DNA of 32,000 bases, from positions 31,430 through 63,429 of the forward strand of contig CAYNIP010000014.1 in NCBI GenBank assembly GCA_964397305.1. The letters are read 5' to 3'. Positions 31,823 through 32,000 of the stretch are shown here, piece by piece. How positions within the stretch are numbered: the stretch's first letter is position 1; the number at the start of each line of letters is the position of its first letter. Position numbers and translations under genes: made by a program. The notes below the pieces were generated by a model. That model was not told the DNA's origin, did not search any database, and saw only the letters and a program-made list of their open reading frames with translations. This DNA comes from an uncultured bacterium. GTDB lineage: Bacteria; Cyanobacteriota; Cyanobacteriia; Cyanobacteriales; Spirulinaceae.

Positions 31823-32000
31823 ATGACGACTCCCCAACTCGCCTTCCTCGGCCTCGGAGTCATGGGTGGAGCCATGGCCGCTAACTTGGCGCGGGCTGGC
31901 TTTGCCGTCCGGGGCTGGAATCGCACGCCCGAGCGGCCGGGGGTGCAGGTGGCCGCCGCCGGGGGAGTGGCGATCGCCCCCTCCCTAGCAGCGGCCGTGA
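31823..32000 (+). CDS. NAD(P)-dependent oxidoreductase, 3-hydroxyisobutyrate/6-phosphogluconate dehydrogenase-like (5' partial, runs off window)
   Basis: Starts at ATG 31823. MTTPQLAFLGLGVMGGAMAANLARAGFAVRGWNRTPE is the classic GLGxMGxxMAxNL Rossmann N-terminus of the beta-hydroxyacid dehydrogenase family. TACAAT at 31775-31780 lies 43 nt upstream. Confidence 0.75.
   Translation, partial: MTTPQLAFLGLGVMGGAMAANLARAGFAVRGWNRTPERPGVQVAAAGGVAIAPSLAAAV

Overview
This GC-rich window looks like cyanobacterial chromosome. The HIP1 octamer GCGATCGC occurs about 60-65 times by my hand scan. The gene set also fits: a CpcS/CpeS-type bilin lyase, a group-2-type sigma-70, paired DUF2499/DUF3593-type membrane proteins, a Uma2 nuclease, a small Tat/lipobox Rieske protein and CofG. 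I can support about 31 protein genes, most of them housekeeping: capD-like, moaC, ribD, prfB, carA, accD, pilD and an MsbA-like ABC exporter. There is also one tRNA-Arg(ACG), one convincing rho-independent terminator, and a dispersed hairpin-containing repeat family that fills most of the longer intergenic gaps. I found no CRISPR array, transposase, integrase with intact catalytic residues, phage genes or rRNA. I could not demonstrate a clearly novel multi-gene system. The candidates most worth a second look are: (1) a large-serine-recombinase homolog with every catalytic residue substituted; (2) a solitary C5-cytosine methyltransferase with an AT-rich palindrome at its ribosome-binding region, in a genome saturated with HIP1; (3) a tight three-gene unit of a stand-alone DprA-like Rossmann protein, a MAPEG membrane protein and a zinc-ribbon/multi-TM Ser/Thr kinase; (4) a secreted beta-rich protein with an EF-hand/dockerin-like loop and an extreme poly-Asp/Glu tail; (5) a homocitrate-synthase-like gene paired with a clavaminate-synthase-like dioxygenase; (6) a 45-aa Arg-rich ORF with a strong Shine-Dalgarno. 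All family calls come from motif recognition by eye. No database search was run.
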